This document shows positions 27,141-36,550 of a stretch of 43,391 bases of DNA, piece after piece. The number at the start of each line of letters is the position of its first letter. Position 1 is the first letter of the stretch. This stretch comes from Bradymonadales bacterium (GTDB lineage: Bacteria > Bdellovibrionota > UBA2394): the NCBI GenBank assembly GCA_007693605.1, contig REDG01000052.1:1-43391 (forward strand), in the 5' to 3' direction. Position numbers and translations under genes: made by a program. The notes below the pieces were generated by a model. The model was not told where the DNA came from and did no database searches. It saw only the letters and a program-made list of their open reading frames with translations.

Positions 27141-28747
27141 GAAGTTCGTTTTCAAGAACCGCATTTCGCTCCGTCCTCTGCCTTTGTGTGTTTCTGTACC
27201 CACTGACTTTTTGGGAGCCAATGGCGGCAGACGAGGCGGCTTCAAAGGCCAATTCGGAAGGGACTTCGCAGACATCGGTTTCTAGCGAGAAGAGTCAGCA
27301 GGCATCAGAGGCGCAGCCTAAATCCAGTCCTCGTTTCTTTGGTAGTCATCAGGGGCAGCGCCATTTTCAGTTGAGGTCTGAGAATCAGACGATTGGAAAG
27401 GCCGCGTATCGCTGGATCGAAACAGAAGAGAATTTCATTCTAGAAGAAGAGTCTCAGATCAAGGTCACGATGATGGGAATGGTTCAGAGAATCCAGACTC
27501 GGGTTGCCTTGGTTCTCGACTTCGATCGACGGATTCAAAGCTTTGATTATATGCTTCGGACGGGGGATTCTGAGGCGAGAATTAAGGGGCGAAGACAGGC
27601 TGGGAAGCTTCGTGTTGAAAAAGATCAGGCGAACTCGCGACAGTCTTTGGACATCGAAGTTTCTGAGTCGATTGTGATTGGGGGCCCTATGATTCGACTG
27701 GCCGCTCTATCGCAGGGTCTTCCTCCTGCAGGAAAAGAAGTGAAAGAGATGCAGGTTCTGATGTTTGAACCCTCTCAACTGGCCGTGGTTCCCATGAAGG
27801 TCCAGCTGCGGAGTTCTTCGCAGGCGGGTCAGTTCGATTTGACACTCCGCTATGAAGGCCAAGAAATTCACAACCGCATTAGTCGAGACGGCAATCTCTT
27901 AGAAGAAAGAATGATGATCCCTCCTTCTTTACCCGTGGTGGCAACTCCTTTGGAGCCGAAGGCTTATGAGAATTTGAATATTGTGGCCTCGAATTTTGAT
28001 TTGGTGGAGGCATCGAGGGTCGCCTTCCCAACGATTCCAAATCCAAAGGAGCTCAGGTCGCTTAAGGTGCGCGTGAGTGGTGTAAACTTGAATGATTTCA
28101 ATTTTGCACGGCACCGCCAAAGCCTAGAGGGAGATCTCTTAGAGATTCGCGTAGAGGAGATTCCGGATCGTTCAGCTCCGGTTCAGTCTTTAGTCGGAAG
28201 GAATGATCTTTCCGCCTATCTTCAAGGAGATTTTTTCATCCCCGTTCAACATCCTGACATTCAGCGAAAGGCTAGAGAAATTGTCGGGGCAGAGAGTGAT
28301 TTGTGGAAAAGGGCAAGACGAATTCATGATTTCGTTTATCAAAGCCTTGATAAGAGACCCTATATTTCTCTTCCTGACGCTATCGAGACTTTGCAGAGTA
28401 GAGAGGGGGACTGCAATGAGCATGCCGTTTTGTTTACCGCTTTGGCGAGAGCGGCGGGAGTTCCCACGCGAATGGTGATCGGTTTGGTTCATTCGAATAC
28501 CACCATGAGTTTTGGTGACAATTCCCGGCCTGTAGAGAATCGGCCCGGCTTTTACTACCATGCTTGGGTTGAGGTCTTTAACGGCTATGAGTGGATTTCG
28601 ATGGATCCAACCTGGAATCAGATTCCCGCAGGGGCGACCCATATCGCTCTCATTGAGGGCTCTGCAGCCGAGCAAGTCAAGCTCGTGGGCCTAGTTGGGA
28701 ATCTTGAGCTTTCTCTTGTCGAGATCCAAAGAAAAAGCAATCTTTGA
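27137..28747 (+). CDS. Exported transglutaminase-like (Cys-His-Asp) domain protein
   Basis: GDCNEHAVLF.AL.RA.G.P.R, YHAWVEV, MDPT; signal peptide; GTG start overlaps the mlaC-like stop. Confidence 0.88.
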   Translation: MRSSFSRTAFRSVLCLCVFLYPLTFWEPMAADEAASKANSEGTSQTSVSSEKSQQASEAQPKSSPRFFGSHQGQRHFQLRSENQTIGKAAYRWIETEENFILEEESQIKVTMMGMVQRIQTRVALVLDFDRRIQSFDYMLRTGDSEARIKGRRQAGKLRVEKDQANSRQSLDIEVSESIVIGGPMIRLAALSQGLPPAGKEVKEMQVLMFEPSQLAVVPMKVQLRSSSQAGQFDLTLRYEGQEIHNRISRDGNLLEERMMIPPSLPVVATPLEPKAYENLNIVASNFDLVEASRVAFPTIPNPKELRSLKVRVSGVNLNDFNFARHRQSLEGDLLEIRVEEIPDRSAPVQSLVGRNDLSAYLQGDFFIPVQHPDIQRKAREIVGAESDLWKRARRIHDFVYQSLDKRPYISLPDAIETLQSREGDCNEHAVLFTALARAAGVPTRMVIGLVHSNTTMSFGDNSRPVENRPGFYYHAWVEVFNGYEWISMDPTWNQIPAGATHIALIEGSAAEQVKLVGLVGNLELSLVEIQRKSNL

Positions 28748-28750
28748 CGA

Positions 28751-30073
28751 ATGCCTAGGGCGGCCGCTCTTGAATTTCAATGTCAGTCTTGTGAGACGGA
28801 GTTTCCGAAGTGGTTCGGAAAGTGCCCCGAATGTGGCGAGTGGAACTCTTTGCTTCGTCGTGAAGAGAAAAAGAAAGCGTTAAAGCCCAACTCACGCGCT
28901 CGGCACTGGATGGAGCTGAAAGCGCCGAGCCTCACCGAGCATCAAAGTTTTGAGTTGGCCTTCATTCAGCGCCTGCTCGGTGGAGGCTTGCCACGAGGGA
29001 GTGTCGTGTTGTTGGCGGGTCAGCCTGGCGTAGGAAAGAGCACTCTACTCTTTCAGACCTTCGCGTCTTCCTCTCAGAAGGTTCTCTTTGCATCGACCGA
29101 AGAGTCGGAATCTCAGCTGGCCGTTCGATTTAGAAAGTTCTGTCGAGATGAGTCTGCTCCCTTCTTCGTCATGTCGACTTCTTTGTTGGAGGATATCTTG
29201 CAAGAAGCGGATCGACTGGAAGTGGATACGGTCGTTGTAGACTCCATACAGATGTTGGGCTCTCGCTCGAGTTTGCAGAGCCGTTGGGGCGCAGGCTTGA
29301 TGCGCGAACTCTCTGACGAGTTGGTTTCACAAGCCAAAGCAAAGTCGAGAAGCCTGTGGATTGTGGGCCATGTCAACAAGGAAGGTGAGATCGCGGGGCC
29401 AAAGACTCTCGAGCATCTGGTTGATTGCGTGTTTCTATTCTGTGGTTCAGACGACCCCAGTGTTCGGAGCTTGCAAGTTCAGAAGAATCGATTTGGCCCG
29501 TCAGGAGAGTTGGCCTTGCTGCGAATGGAAGAGAAGGGTCTCACCGAAATTCCCAACCCAGAGTCCTTTTGGATGCACCAGTATTCAAAGTCGGTACCGG
29601 GTTGTGTGTATTGTCCGATTCTGTTGGGCAGTCGTGTTTACTGCGTAGAGGTCCAGGCTTTGTGCGCGGCGACCGCCTTTCCCTCGCCCAGACGAACCGT
29701 TTCTGGTTTTGATCTTCAGCGACTTCATTTGATTCTAGCTCTTCTTGAGAAGAGGTTAGATTTAAGGTTTTCAGGCCTTGATGTGTATTTGAATATCGTC
29801 GGGGGATTGAAGGTGGAAGATACCGCTGCCGATCTGGCCGTCGCTGCCGCTCTGATTTCTGCGATAAAGAATCAAGCTTTTCCGTCTGAGAGGGTTTTCT
29901 TGGGGGAACTGGGTTTGACCGGAGAGATCCGCTCGGTGCCGGGCGTCAAACAGCGGCTGGAGGCTGCCGCCCGGGTCGGCAAGCAATCTGCGGTGTTTCC
30001 GGCCTCTGCCGAGTCTGAAAAGATTTCAGAGCTCGAACTATTGCCGCATCGCCATATTCAAGACCTATTCTGA
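28751..30073 (+). CDS. radA: DNA repair protein RadA/Sms
   Basis: C4 zinc finger CQSC...CPEC, GQPGVGKST, VVDSIQ, KNRFG, Lon-like C-terminal GELGLTGE. Confidence 0.96.
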   Translation: MPRAAALEFQCQSCETEFPKWFGKCPECGEWNSLLRREEKKKALKPNSRARHWMELKAPSLTEHQSFELAFIQRLLGGGLPRGSVVLLAGQPGVGKSTLLFQTFASSSQKVLFASTEESESQLAVRFRKFCRDESAPFFVMSTSLLEDILQEADRLEVDTVVVDSIQMLGSRSSLQSRWGAGLMRELSDELVSQAKAKSRSLWIVGHVNKEGEIAGPKTLEHLVDCVFLFCGSDDPSVRSLQVQKNRFGPSGELALLRMEEKGLTEIPNPESFWMHQYSKSVPGCVYCPILLGSRVYCVEVQALCAATAFPSPRRTVSGFDLQRLHLILALLEKRLDLRFSGLDVYLNIVGGLKVEDTAADLAVAAALISAIKNQAFPSERVFLGELGLTGEIRSVPGVKQRLEAAARVGKQSAVFPASAESEKISELELLPHRHIQDLF

Positions 30074-30125
30074 AGCGGTCGGGGATTGCTGGCCGATTTT
30101 GGGGCTTTCTGTAGAATGAAGGGTA

Positions 30126-31892
30126 GTGCGCAGCATTCGGTTGGGGATCATTGTTAGCTTTGGCCTTCTGGGCTTTCTCGGAACGAGTGAAGGCTTTTCT
30201 CAAGAAAGGTTGCCCTACCCGCGAGCGCTTTTTCACAAAGTAGAGTTTTGGAAGAAAGTTTATACGCAGCATCCCACCTCTGAGGGCTTGCTTCATGATT
30301 CAGAGGACTTGAGTATCATCTATGAGACTGTGAAGCTCCCACGAAACGGAGATCGTTCTATAGTGAACGCCAGAAGGGCTGAGATTCGTCAAGCCATTCA
30401 GAATATTCTTCAGAAGCGAGGCCAGAATCTTACCGCCTTTGAAAGACGCGTGCTGTCGAGGTTTCCTCAATACGCCTCTCGCGCTCGCCTCCTTCAGGCA
30501 GCAGATAATATTCGGTTTCAACTGGGACAAGCGGATCGCTTTCGAGAGGGGATTATCCAGTCTGGAAGATATCTGCCCTATATTGAGCAGGTGATTCGAG
30601 ACGAGGGAGCCCCCCAGTTTTTGAAGTATTTGCCTCATGTCGAATCGTCCTTTCAACGAGGAGCCATCTCCAAATATGGAGCCGCTGGATTATGGCAGCT
30701 GATGCCGAGAACGGGCGCCCAGTTTTTAAGAGTCTCTTATGAAGTGGATGAGCGCTTAGACCCCTGGATTTCGAGTCGAGCGGCGATTAAGTATCTGATG
30801 CAAAACCATCGTCGCTTGAAGGAGTGGCCACTGGCCATTACGGCCTACAATCATGGTGCCGGAGGAATTTCCAGGGCGGTTCAGCAGTTGGGGACAACGG
30901 ATATCGCTGAGATTGCCTTTCAGTACTCTTCCAGAAGCTTCGGTTTCGCTTCTCGAAACTTTTATGCTCAGTTTCTAGCCGCCGTTCAAGTGGCCCAAGA
31001 CTATCAAAAGTACTTTGGAGCCCTTGAGATTCAGCCACCCCCACTTTTTGAAGAGATTCGACTTCAGAGCGCAACCTATTTTCGAGAGTTTTCAAAACGG
31101 TACCGATTCAGTCAGAAAGAGTTTGTCGAACTCAACCCTGCCCTCAGAAGGCCTTTGATCGAGAATCGTCGGCCGATTCCCGCGGGGGTGGTGATTCGAG
31201 TGCCGCAGGGGTCTCAAGTAGATCCACTGATGGTCGCCTCTCTTGACCAAAAGATTTTGCAGGACAATTTGTTGAGACGGGAGGCTTCAGAAAAGAGAAT
31301 CCAATCAATCGTCTCTAAAGAGATTCCGAAGGCAAGCTCTGCAATCTCGGCCCCTTCCACTCCTGCGGGTTCTGCAGGAGAGCCCGAGCTTCCTCGATTG
31401 GAGGAGGTCGCCACTGACAGTCGATTTGCTCCCAGAGATCTTGTAGGAGATAAAGCCTGGGTGCGGGTTGAAATCAACGAGACGATTTCTCATCTGGCCG
31501 ATTGGTTGGGGGTGAGTCCACAAAAGCTTCGCGAGTGGAACGGAATGGACTCGAGGGCGCAGGTGAGGCTCGGGCAGAGGCTGGTGGTGCAGTTCACAGA
31601 CTCCGAGCCCTCTCGCTTTCAATCTCTTCGTGAGGACTATCATCGAAAAATTAGAGAAGACTTTTTTGCACAACATGAAGTGGTGTCTATGCTGGACTAC
31701 GAAGTTCAAGTCGGAGAAAACCTATGGTCACTCTGTTTTCAGAAGTTTGACATCCCCCCCTGGCTATTGGCACAGTTGAATCCGGAAGTGATCTTGTGGG
31801 ATTTAAAACCAGGCACTAAATTAAAGATCCCCGAAATTCAGCGCTTGATGCCAGGTCTTGTTCGTGCCGAAGACGAAGAGCAAATGGAATAA
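30126..31892 (+). CDS. MltD-like lytic transglycosylase with LysM domains
   Basis: LPHVESSF, GAAGLWQLM, AITAYNHG; C-terminal LysM repeats (ETISHLA...WN, VQVGENLW...LNP). Confidence 0.92.
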   Translation: MRSIRLGIIVSFGLLGFLGTSEGFSQERLPYPRALFHKVEFWKKVYTQHPTSEGLLHDSEDLSIIYETVKLPRNGDRSIVNARRAEIRQAIQNILQKRGQNLTAFERRVLSRFPQYASRARLLQAADNIRFQLGQADRFREGIIQSGRYLPYIEQVIRDEGAPQFLKYLPHVESSFQRGAISKYGAAGLWQLMPRTGAQFLRVSYEVDERLDPWISSRAAIKYLMQNHRRLKEWPLAITAYNHGAGGISRAVQQLGTTDIAEIAFQYSSRSFGFASRNFYAQFLAAVQVAQDYQKYFGALEIQPPPLFEEIRLQSATYFREFSKRYRFSQKEFVELNPALRRPLIENRRPIPAGVVIRVPQGSQVDPLMVASLDQKILQDNLLRREASEKRIQSIVSKEIPKASSAISAPSTPAGSAGEPELPRLEEVATDSRFAPRDLVGDKAWVRVEINETISHLADWLGVSPQKLREWNGMDSRAQVRLGQRLVVQFTDSEPSRFQSLREDYHRKIREDFFAQHEVVSMLDYEVQVGENLWSLCFQKFDIPPWLLAQLNPEVILWDLKPGTKLKIPEIQRLMPGLVRAEDEEQME

Positions 31893-31910
31893 CTCAAGCG
31901 AGAAGCGGAG

Positions 31911-32384
31911 CTATTGAGAGCCTGCTACAGAAGCTGCAGGCGAGGCGCCCGGAGTCCAAACCAAATCTCGATGAACCCAAGCCTTCCCGCTGGCCGCGTC
32001 TTCCACTTGAATCCACGAGCCCTGACGACCAATAATCTTAAACGCGTAGTATTTTTGAACGGGGCTCCAAGGTACAGCGCGATGATTGGTGCCCGGTCCA
32101 TTTCTGAGATTGGCCTGTCGCACCTTCACCACGGCACAGTTGAGGTCCCTTGAGACCAGTCGTCCGAAAATCCAGTGCAAGTCTCCGTCCACATCTTTGA
32201 CCTGATGCCAACCGGATTGAGTTTTGACGAGTTCAAAGGGCATATAGCGGTAGACTTCCCAGGTCTTTCTAGTGTTGGTGCTGGGCCCAGCCCTCAGATT
32301 GGCCTTCTCGACATTCACGCAGAGCGCTTCCACGAGCTCCGCAAACAGAAACGGGCTCAAGAGGCTAAACAAAATCCATTTCAT
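31911..32384 (-). CDS. Exported protein with two bacterial SH3 domains
   Basis: Two repeats of ANLR.GP.T....W...W; signal peptide; GAGGGG RBS and extended -10 TGcTATCAT upstream. Confidence 0.88.
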   Translation of the reverse strand: MKWILFSLLSPFLFAELVEALCVNVEKANLRAGPSTNTRKTWEVYRYMPFELVKTQSGWHQVKDVDGDLHWIFGRLVSRDLNCAVVKVRQANLRNGPGTNHRAVPWSPVQKYYAFKIIGRQGSWIQVEDAASGKAWVHRDLVWTPGASPAASVAGSQ

Positions 32385-32489
32385 TACTAGCTCCCCTCTA
32401 AGTTCCTATGATAGCAGATTGGGCGCTTTGAGCAACTTATCGCCAGTCCCCACCAAGCGCTAAGGGCCCATGGGGACCACTAATCTGCT

Positions 32490-34430
32490 CTAAGTTTTGG
32501 ATAGGGCGCTGCGGCAATTCTTCAGTCCCTCCAATAGAACGGGGATCCACTGGTTCCAAACCGCAAAGTAGTTCTCATGTTTCAGAAGAAAGTCTCGTTT
32601 CAGAAGATAGTTGTCTTTGTAGCTTCCCGGCATGGCATTCAGCTCTCTCTCGAAGGCCAAATGGGCCGGAGAGATCTGTTGCAAAAAGCCCAGGTGAAAA
32701 GCCGGATCGTGATTTACGGCTTGAGTCTTCAAATAAAGAACTTCGTTCAAGCAGTCATCCAAAAAGGCCAAGCTTGGCTTTCGATTTCGTTGCTCGCGAT
32801 CTTCAATATGAGACTTCCACTTCTTTATCTTCTCCTCGATCTTTTGAGCTTTTTCAGCCCAATGCTCAAGTCGATCGATGACACTGTTGGCGCAATACAT
32901 AAAATCCTGAAGTCGTTCTTCATAAGCCTCTTGAGTGACCTCCGTATAGATGTGTTGAAAGTCTTTCCAAATTGAGAGGTCTTCAGTGACGAATTCCTCA
33001 ATGGCCTCTTCGAGACTCATCAACTCAGCGCCTCTGATCTTTGCGCCTTTGGGGGAAGTGTTAATCAGTCGATCGTCAGGGTACAAGCCCTGCATCACCT
33101 CAATCTGTTCTCTAAAGATATTCCAAACGAAAGTGGTGGGCACTTCATCCAAACCATCCTGGGTCTCCACCCGCCGGCCCCCTGACCGTTCCTTTATCTC
33201 TTCAGGGGTCAGAGCTCTTTCTTGAGTTTCAAGGCCAGTGCCAGGAGTGTGGGACATTGAATTGTCTAAGCCAAAGGAGAGGTCTTGACCCACCAAGATA
33301 ACATTTTTGAAACCCAAATGCTTGGCGAAGGCGAAATTGAGATTTCCTGCCGACGAACCCGGATAAAAATCATGAAGGCGACTCAAGCCGTAAAACCCAA
33401 ACCCGAGAGAGCCAGGATTGTAAATCAACTTTCGACCTTGAAACTTCTTAAAGACATCGGGGTGCAAAAGAAGAGGGCCGACCAGGCTTGTTCGTTCAGG
33501 AACCGGAACCTGATCAAAGAACGAGGCTACGAGAGGAACTCGTTCTAGCGCACAAACGAAATCCGGCTCAATTCTCTGACGATTCATTTCTCGAAGCAGA
33601 ACATCACAGGCCACCAAAGGGACGCGATCTTGAAGGCTTCGAATTCTTTCCCAGTGATGCCGCGCAGAAGGTCCTGCCGCAATCGAGATGATGGTTTTAC
33701 CTTCAAACAGGCCTCTCAGCTTTGCGATGCCTTGGTTCTTTAAGCCCTCTTGAACATTGGCCAAAAGGTTTTCGACCCCTATAAACTGATCTTGAACAGA
33801 GTTTCCGGTGCCGATCGTGATAAGGTCCCGCATCTTGACAATATGAGATCCAACCGCCGAGTAGAACTCTCCTTCTGTTTTGATTGCACTCGGACAGGCA
33901 ATGATTTTCAAATGACGACTGGTTGTTGTGAATTGACTTAGAAACCTGTTGAGAGACTCCACGCTGCTGGCAACGGGACTATTGACGACGATGTGAACAT
34001 CGGGCCGAGCAAACAAGTCTTGATAAGAGTAAACACAGAGAGATCGCAAGAAGATCTGGGGGTTCCTTTCCAGGATGAGGATAGCCTTGTTGCGAGGGGG
34101 CCGGTTCTTCCAAAAGTGAAATAAAGCATGCCCGAGACCAATTCCGAAAAAAAAGACCAACTGAGGGTAGTTGAGATCTATATCTTTAAAGACCTGTCGC
34201 AGCTCCCTTTCAAGTTCTCGGTCGTGGTAGAGGCCTTCAAAGGCGGGGACCCTGCGCTTGTACTTTAGGTTGACAGGGCGGCCAGGTTCTTCGACCCACC
34301 CAAAACTCTCTTCAGCATCTCCTTGGGGCTGCGTTTTGAACTTTTCGATTTCGGGCAGGAGAGCTTTGTGAATGTTGGGAAGGGATCGAGCCAGCTCTCG
34401 AAGATTGTCTTCAAAGATTTGATTCATCAA
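32490..34430 (-). CDS. Motility-associated factor (Maf/DUF115) flagellin glycosyltransferase-like protein
   Basis: FFGIGLG, AAGPS, PDFV, LGFKNVILVGQDLSF...H, INTS..GAKI.G; overlaps the pseB stop. Confidence 0.85.
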   Translation of the reverse strand: MMNQIFEDNLRELARSLPNIHKALLPEIEKFKTQPQGDAEESFGWVEEPGRPVNLKYKRRVPAFEGLYHDRELERELRQVFKDIDLNYPQLVFFFGIGLGHALFHFWKNRPPRNKAILILERNPQIFLRSLCVYSYQDLFARPDVHIVVNSPVASSVESLNRFLSQFTTTSRHLKIIACPSAIKTEGEFYSAVGSHIVKMRDLITIGTGNSVQDQFIGVENLLANVQEGLKNQGIAKLRGLFEGKTIISIAAGPSARHHWERIRSLQDRVPLVACDVLLREMNRQRIEPDFVCALERVPLVASFFDQVPVPERTSLVGPLLLHPDVFKKFQGRKLIYNPGSLGFGFYGLSRLHDFYPGSSAGNLNFAFAKHLGFKNVILVGQDLSFGLDNSMSHTPGTGLETQERALTPEEIKERSGGRRVETQDGLDEVPTTFVWNIFREQIEVMQGLYPDDRLINTSPKGAKIRGAELMSLEEAIEEFVTEDLSIWKDFQHIYTEVTQEAYEERLQDFMYCANSVIDRLEHWAEKAQKIEEKIKKWKSHIEDREQRNRKPSLAFLDDCLNEVLYLKTQAVNHDPAFHLGFLQQISPAHLAFERELNAMPGSYKDNYLLKRDFLLKHENYFAVWNQWIPVLLEGLKNCRSALSKT

Positions 34431-35394
34431 TCAGCTTTCGCAGGTCCTCAACCTTTAGCCATTCGGAATTGTTTTCTGAAGTGTATCGAAAGCCCTCCTT
34501 TGGGGGGCTTCCTTGGTAATTCTTTTTACCGCCCCACCAAGGGAAGCTTGGAAGGATCACAAATCGGTCGTCCATCTCGACAGTCTGCCTGGCTTCATCT
34601 TCGGTAATCATCACTTCATGAAGTTTCTCGCCGGGCCGTATTCCAACGATCTTTATCTTAGAATCTGGACAAATCGCTTTGATGAGATCGGTGACTTTCA
34701 TGCTGGGGATTTTCGGAACAAAAATCTCTCCTCCCATCATGATCTCAATCGAATGCTGAACGAATCGACAGGCCTGATCGAGAGTGATCCAGAAGCGAGT
34801 CATCCGATCGTCTGTCAAGGTGACTTCGCCCGAGTCTTTCTGGGCTTGAAAGACCTGCACCACCGAGCCCCGGCTGCCCACCACATTACCGTATCGGACA
34901 CAAGCCAAGCGATTCTGTTTCGGCCCGACATAGCTATTGCTTTGAACGGTGATTTTCTCTTGGCAGAGTTTGGTCGCACCATACAAATTGATCGGGTTGG
35001 CTGCCTTGTCGGTCGAGATTGAAATCAGTCTTTCGACTCCGCAATCGATGGCCTGATTGATGACATTCTGAGTGCCGATGATATTCGTCTTTACAGCCTC
35101 AAAAGGATTATACTCACAGACTTCGATTCGCTTCATAGCAGCGGCATGAATGATAATGTCCACTCCTCGAATGGCGCGTTGCAGCCGTTCGGAATCTTGA
35201 ACATTTCCAATGAAATAACGCAGCCGAGGGTCATCAAATTTTTCTTTCATTTCGGCTTGCTTCAACTCATCGCGACTAAAAATCCGAATCACTTTTGGTT
35301 TCAAGTGCTGTAGAGCGTAGCGAGTAAAGGCTTGACCGAAAGAGCCTGTGCCCCCAGTGATAAGAATCTTCTTCTCAGACCAGTTTATTGTCAT
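34411..35394 (-). CDS. pseB: UDP-N-acetylglucosamine 4,6-dehydratase (inverting)
   Basis: ITGGTGSFG, SRDELKQ, HAAAMK, STDKA, YGATK, RYGNVVGSRGSV, MTRFWI, GIRPGEKLHE. Confidence 0.95.
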   Translation of the reverse strand: MTINWSEKKILITGGTGSFGQAFTRYALQHLKPKVIRIFSRDELKQAEMKEKFDDPRLRYFIGNVQDSERLQRAIRGVDIIIHAAAMKRIEVCEYNPFEAVKTNIIGTQNVINQAIDCGVERLISISTDKAANPINLYGATKLCQEKITVQSNSYVGPKQNRLACVRYGNVVGSRGSVVQVFQAQKDSGEVTLTDDRMTRFWITLDQACRFVQHSIEIMMGGEIFVPKIPSMKVTDLIKAICPDSKIKIVGIRPGEKLHEVMITEDEARQTVEMDDRFVILPSFPWWGGKKNYQGSPPKEGFRYTSENNSEWLKVEDLRKLIDESNL

Positions 35395-35473
35395 GCCGCT
35401 TTAGTCTAGCAAATTGCGGCCAGGGGACGCAGTCTAAAAACGAAGTTGATGTTCTGAGTCAGTAAGAGAGGCC

Positions 35474-35482
35474 TGTTAGACT
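35474..35482 (+). promoter_or_regulatory. Extended -10 element immediately before the pseG-like start (leaderless type)
   Basis: TG-t-TAGACT, 6 nt, GTG 35489. A mirror TG-c-TAGACT on the minus strand (35411-35403) lies 8 nt before the pseB ATG. Confidence 0.5.
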
Positions 35483-35488
35483 GAGAAA

Positions 35489-36544
35489 GTGCAGACTATT
35501 CCGCTCATCTTTCGATGTGATGCGTCAAGCGAGATCGGTTGGGGCTATTTTAGACGATGTTTCGCTCTAGCAGAGACCGCTCAGCAGAGCACTCGTTTTC
35601 GTGTGACTTTTCTAAGCCGGAGCTTGCCCAAGAACTTAAACAAAAAGCTTTCAGAGATTCATGCCAACCTTCAAGTGCTTGAGGAAAATGCAAGTCTAGA
35701 GCAAGACTTGGCAAGCCTTCACTCCCTCTTTGATTTGATGTCCAGAAAGAGAATTGTGGTCTGTGTTGACCAAAAGGACTGGACGAGTGAGTGTTTTGAG
35801 TCGATCAAAAAAGACCCTCGAGTTCTTCTGCTCGTCTTTGATCACGGCTTCAAGCGAGAGTATTGCTCCGATTATATGATCAATCCGAGCCTAGATGCAG
35901 AATCAATCGCTTACGCCACTTCAGACGGCTGCGAAACGCTCTTGGGACCCAAGTTTGCCATGATTCGAGACGAAGTCTATGCCCTGAGAACGCATCCAAC
36001 AGAGCGAATGGCTGAGAATTTTCAGTTTCTTGTCACCCTAGGGGCCGGTGATCGGTGGGGTCAGGCGCTTCGAGTGATTGAGGCGGTGAAGAAATCTCCA
36101 GTGAAATTTGAGACCCACTTCGTGGTGACATCCGATTGGCCTCATTCAGAGGAGGCAAAGAAGATGATCGGCAATCACCCTCGCATTCACTTCTACGAAG
36201 ACCCCTCATTCTTTCCTCAATTGCTGGCAAGAGCGGATTTGGCGTTGACCTCAGCTGGAAACACCACTTACGAGCTGGCCTATTTGGGGATTCCCATGAT
36301 GACGCTTGCGCTGACTCCAGATCAAATGAGTCTAGGGGAGTCTTGGCAGAGGCAGGGTTTTAGTGAGCATTTGGGAAGTGCTGAAAACTTGTCGCCGGAG
36401 CTCATTCTTGAGCGGCTTCACTATTGGATGGAGCGGGATCAAGAACTCGAAGATCGTGGGGTGGCAGCTCAAAAGCTCGTCGATGGTCGTGGCAAATTTC
36501 GAGTTCTCGAAAAAATTCTCAAAAAGACTCAGAACAACAGCTAA
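35489..36544 (+). CDS. pseG: PseG/SpsG family GT-B fold protein (catalytic His replaced by Tyr)
   Basis: IFRCDASSEIGWGYFRRCFALA, LLGPKFAMIR, ADLALTSAG.T.YELAYLGIP, VDGRG; divergent from pseB. Confidence 0.78.
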   Translation: MQTIPLIFRCDASSEIGWGYFRRCFALAETAQQSTRFRVTFLSRSLPKNLNKKLSEIHANLQVLEENASLEQDLASLHSLFDLMSRKRIVVCVDQKDWTSECFESIKKDPRVLLLVFDHGFKREYCSDYMINPSLDAESIAYATSDGCETLLGPKFAMIRDEVYALRTHPTERMAENFQFLVTLGAGDRWGQALRVIEAVKKSPVKFETHFVVTSDWPHSEEAKKMIGNHPRIHFYEDPSFFPQLLARADLALTSAGNTTYELAYLGIPMMTLALTPDQMSLGESWQRQGFSEHLGSAENLSPELILERLHYWMERDQELEDRGVAAQKLVDGRGKFRVLEKILKKTQNNS

Positions 36545-36550
36545 AACTGG

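Noticed and set aside
32458..32468. 11-mer CGCTAAGGGCC shared with 39911-39921
   Set aside because: An 11-bp match is expected by chance in 43 kb and does not extend.
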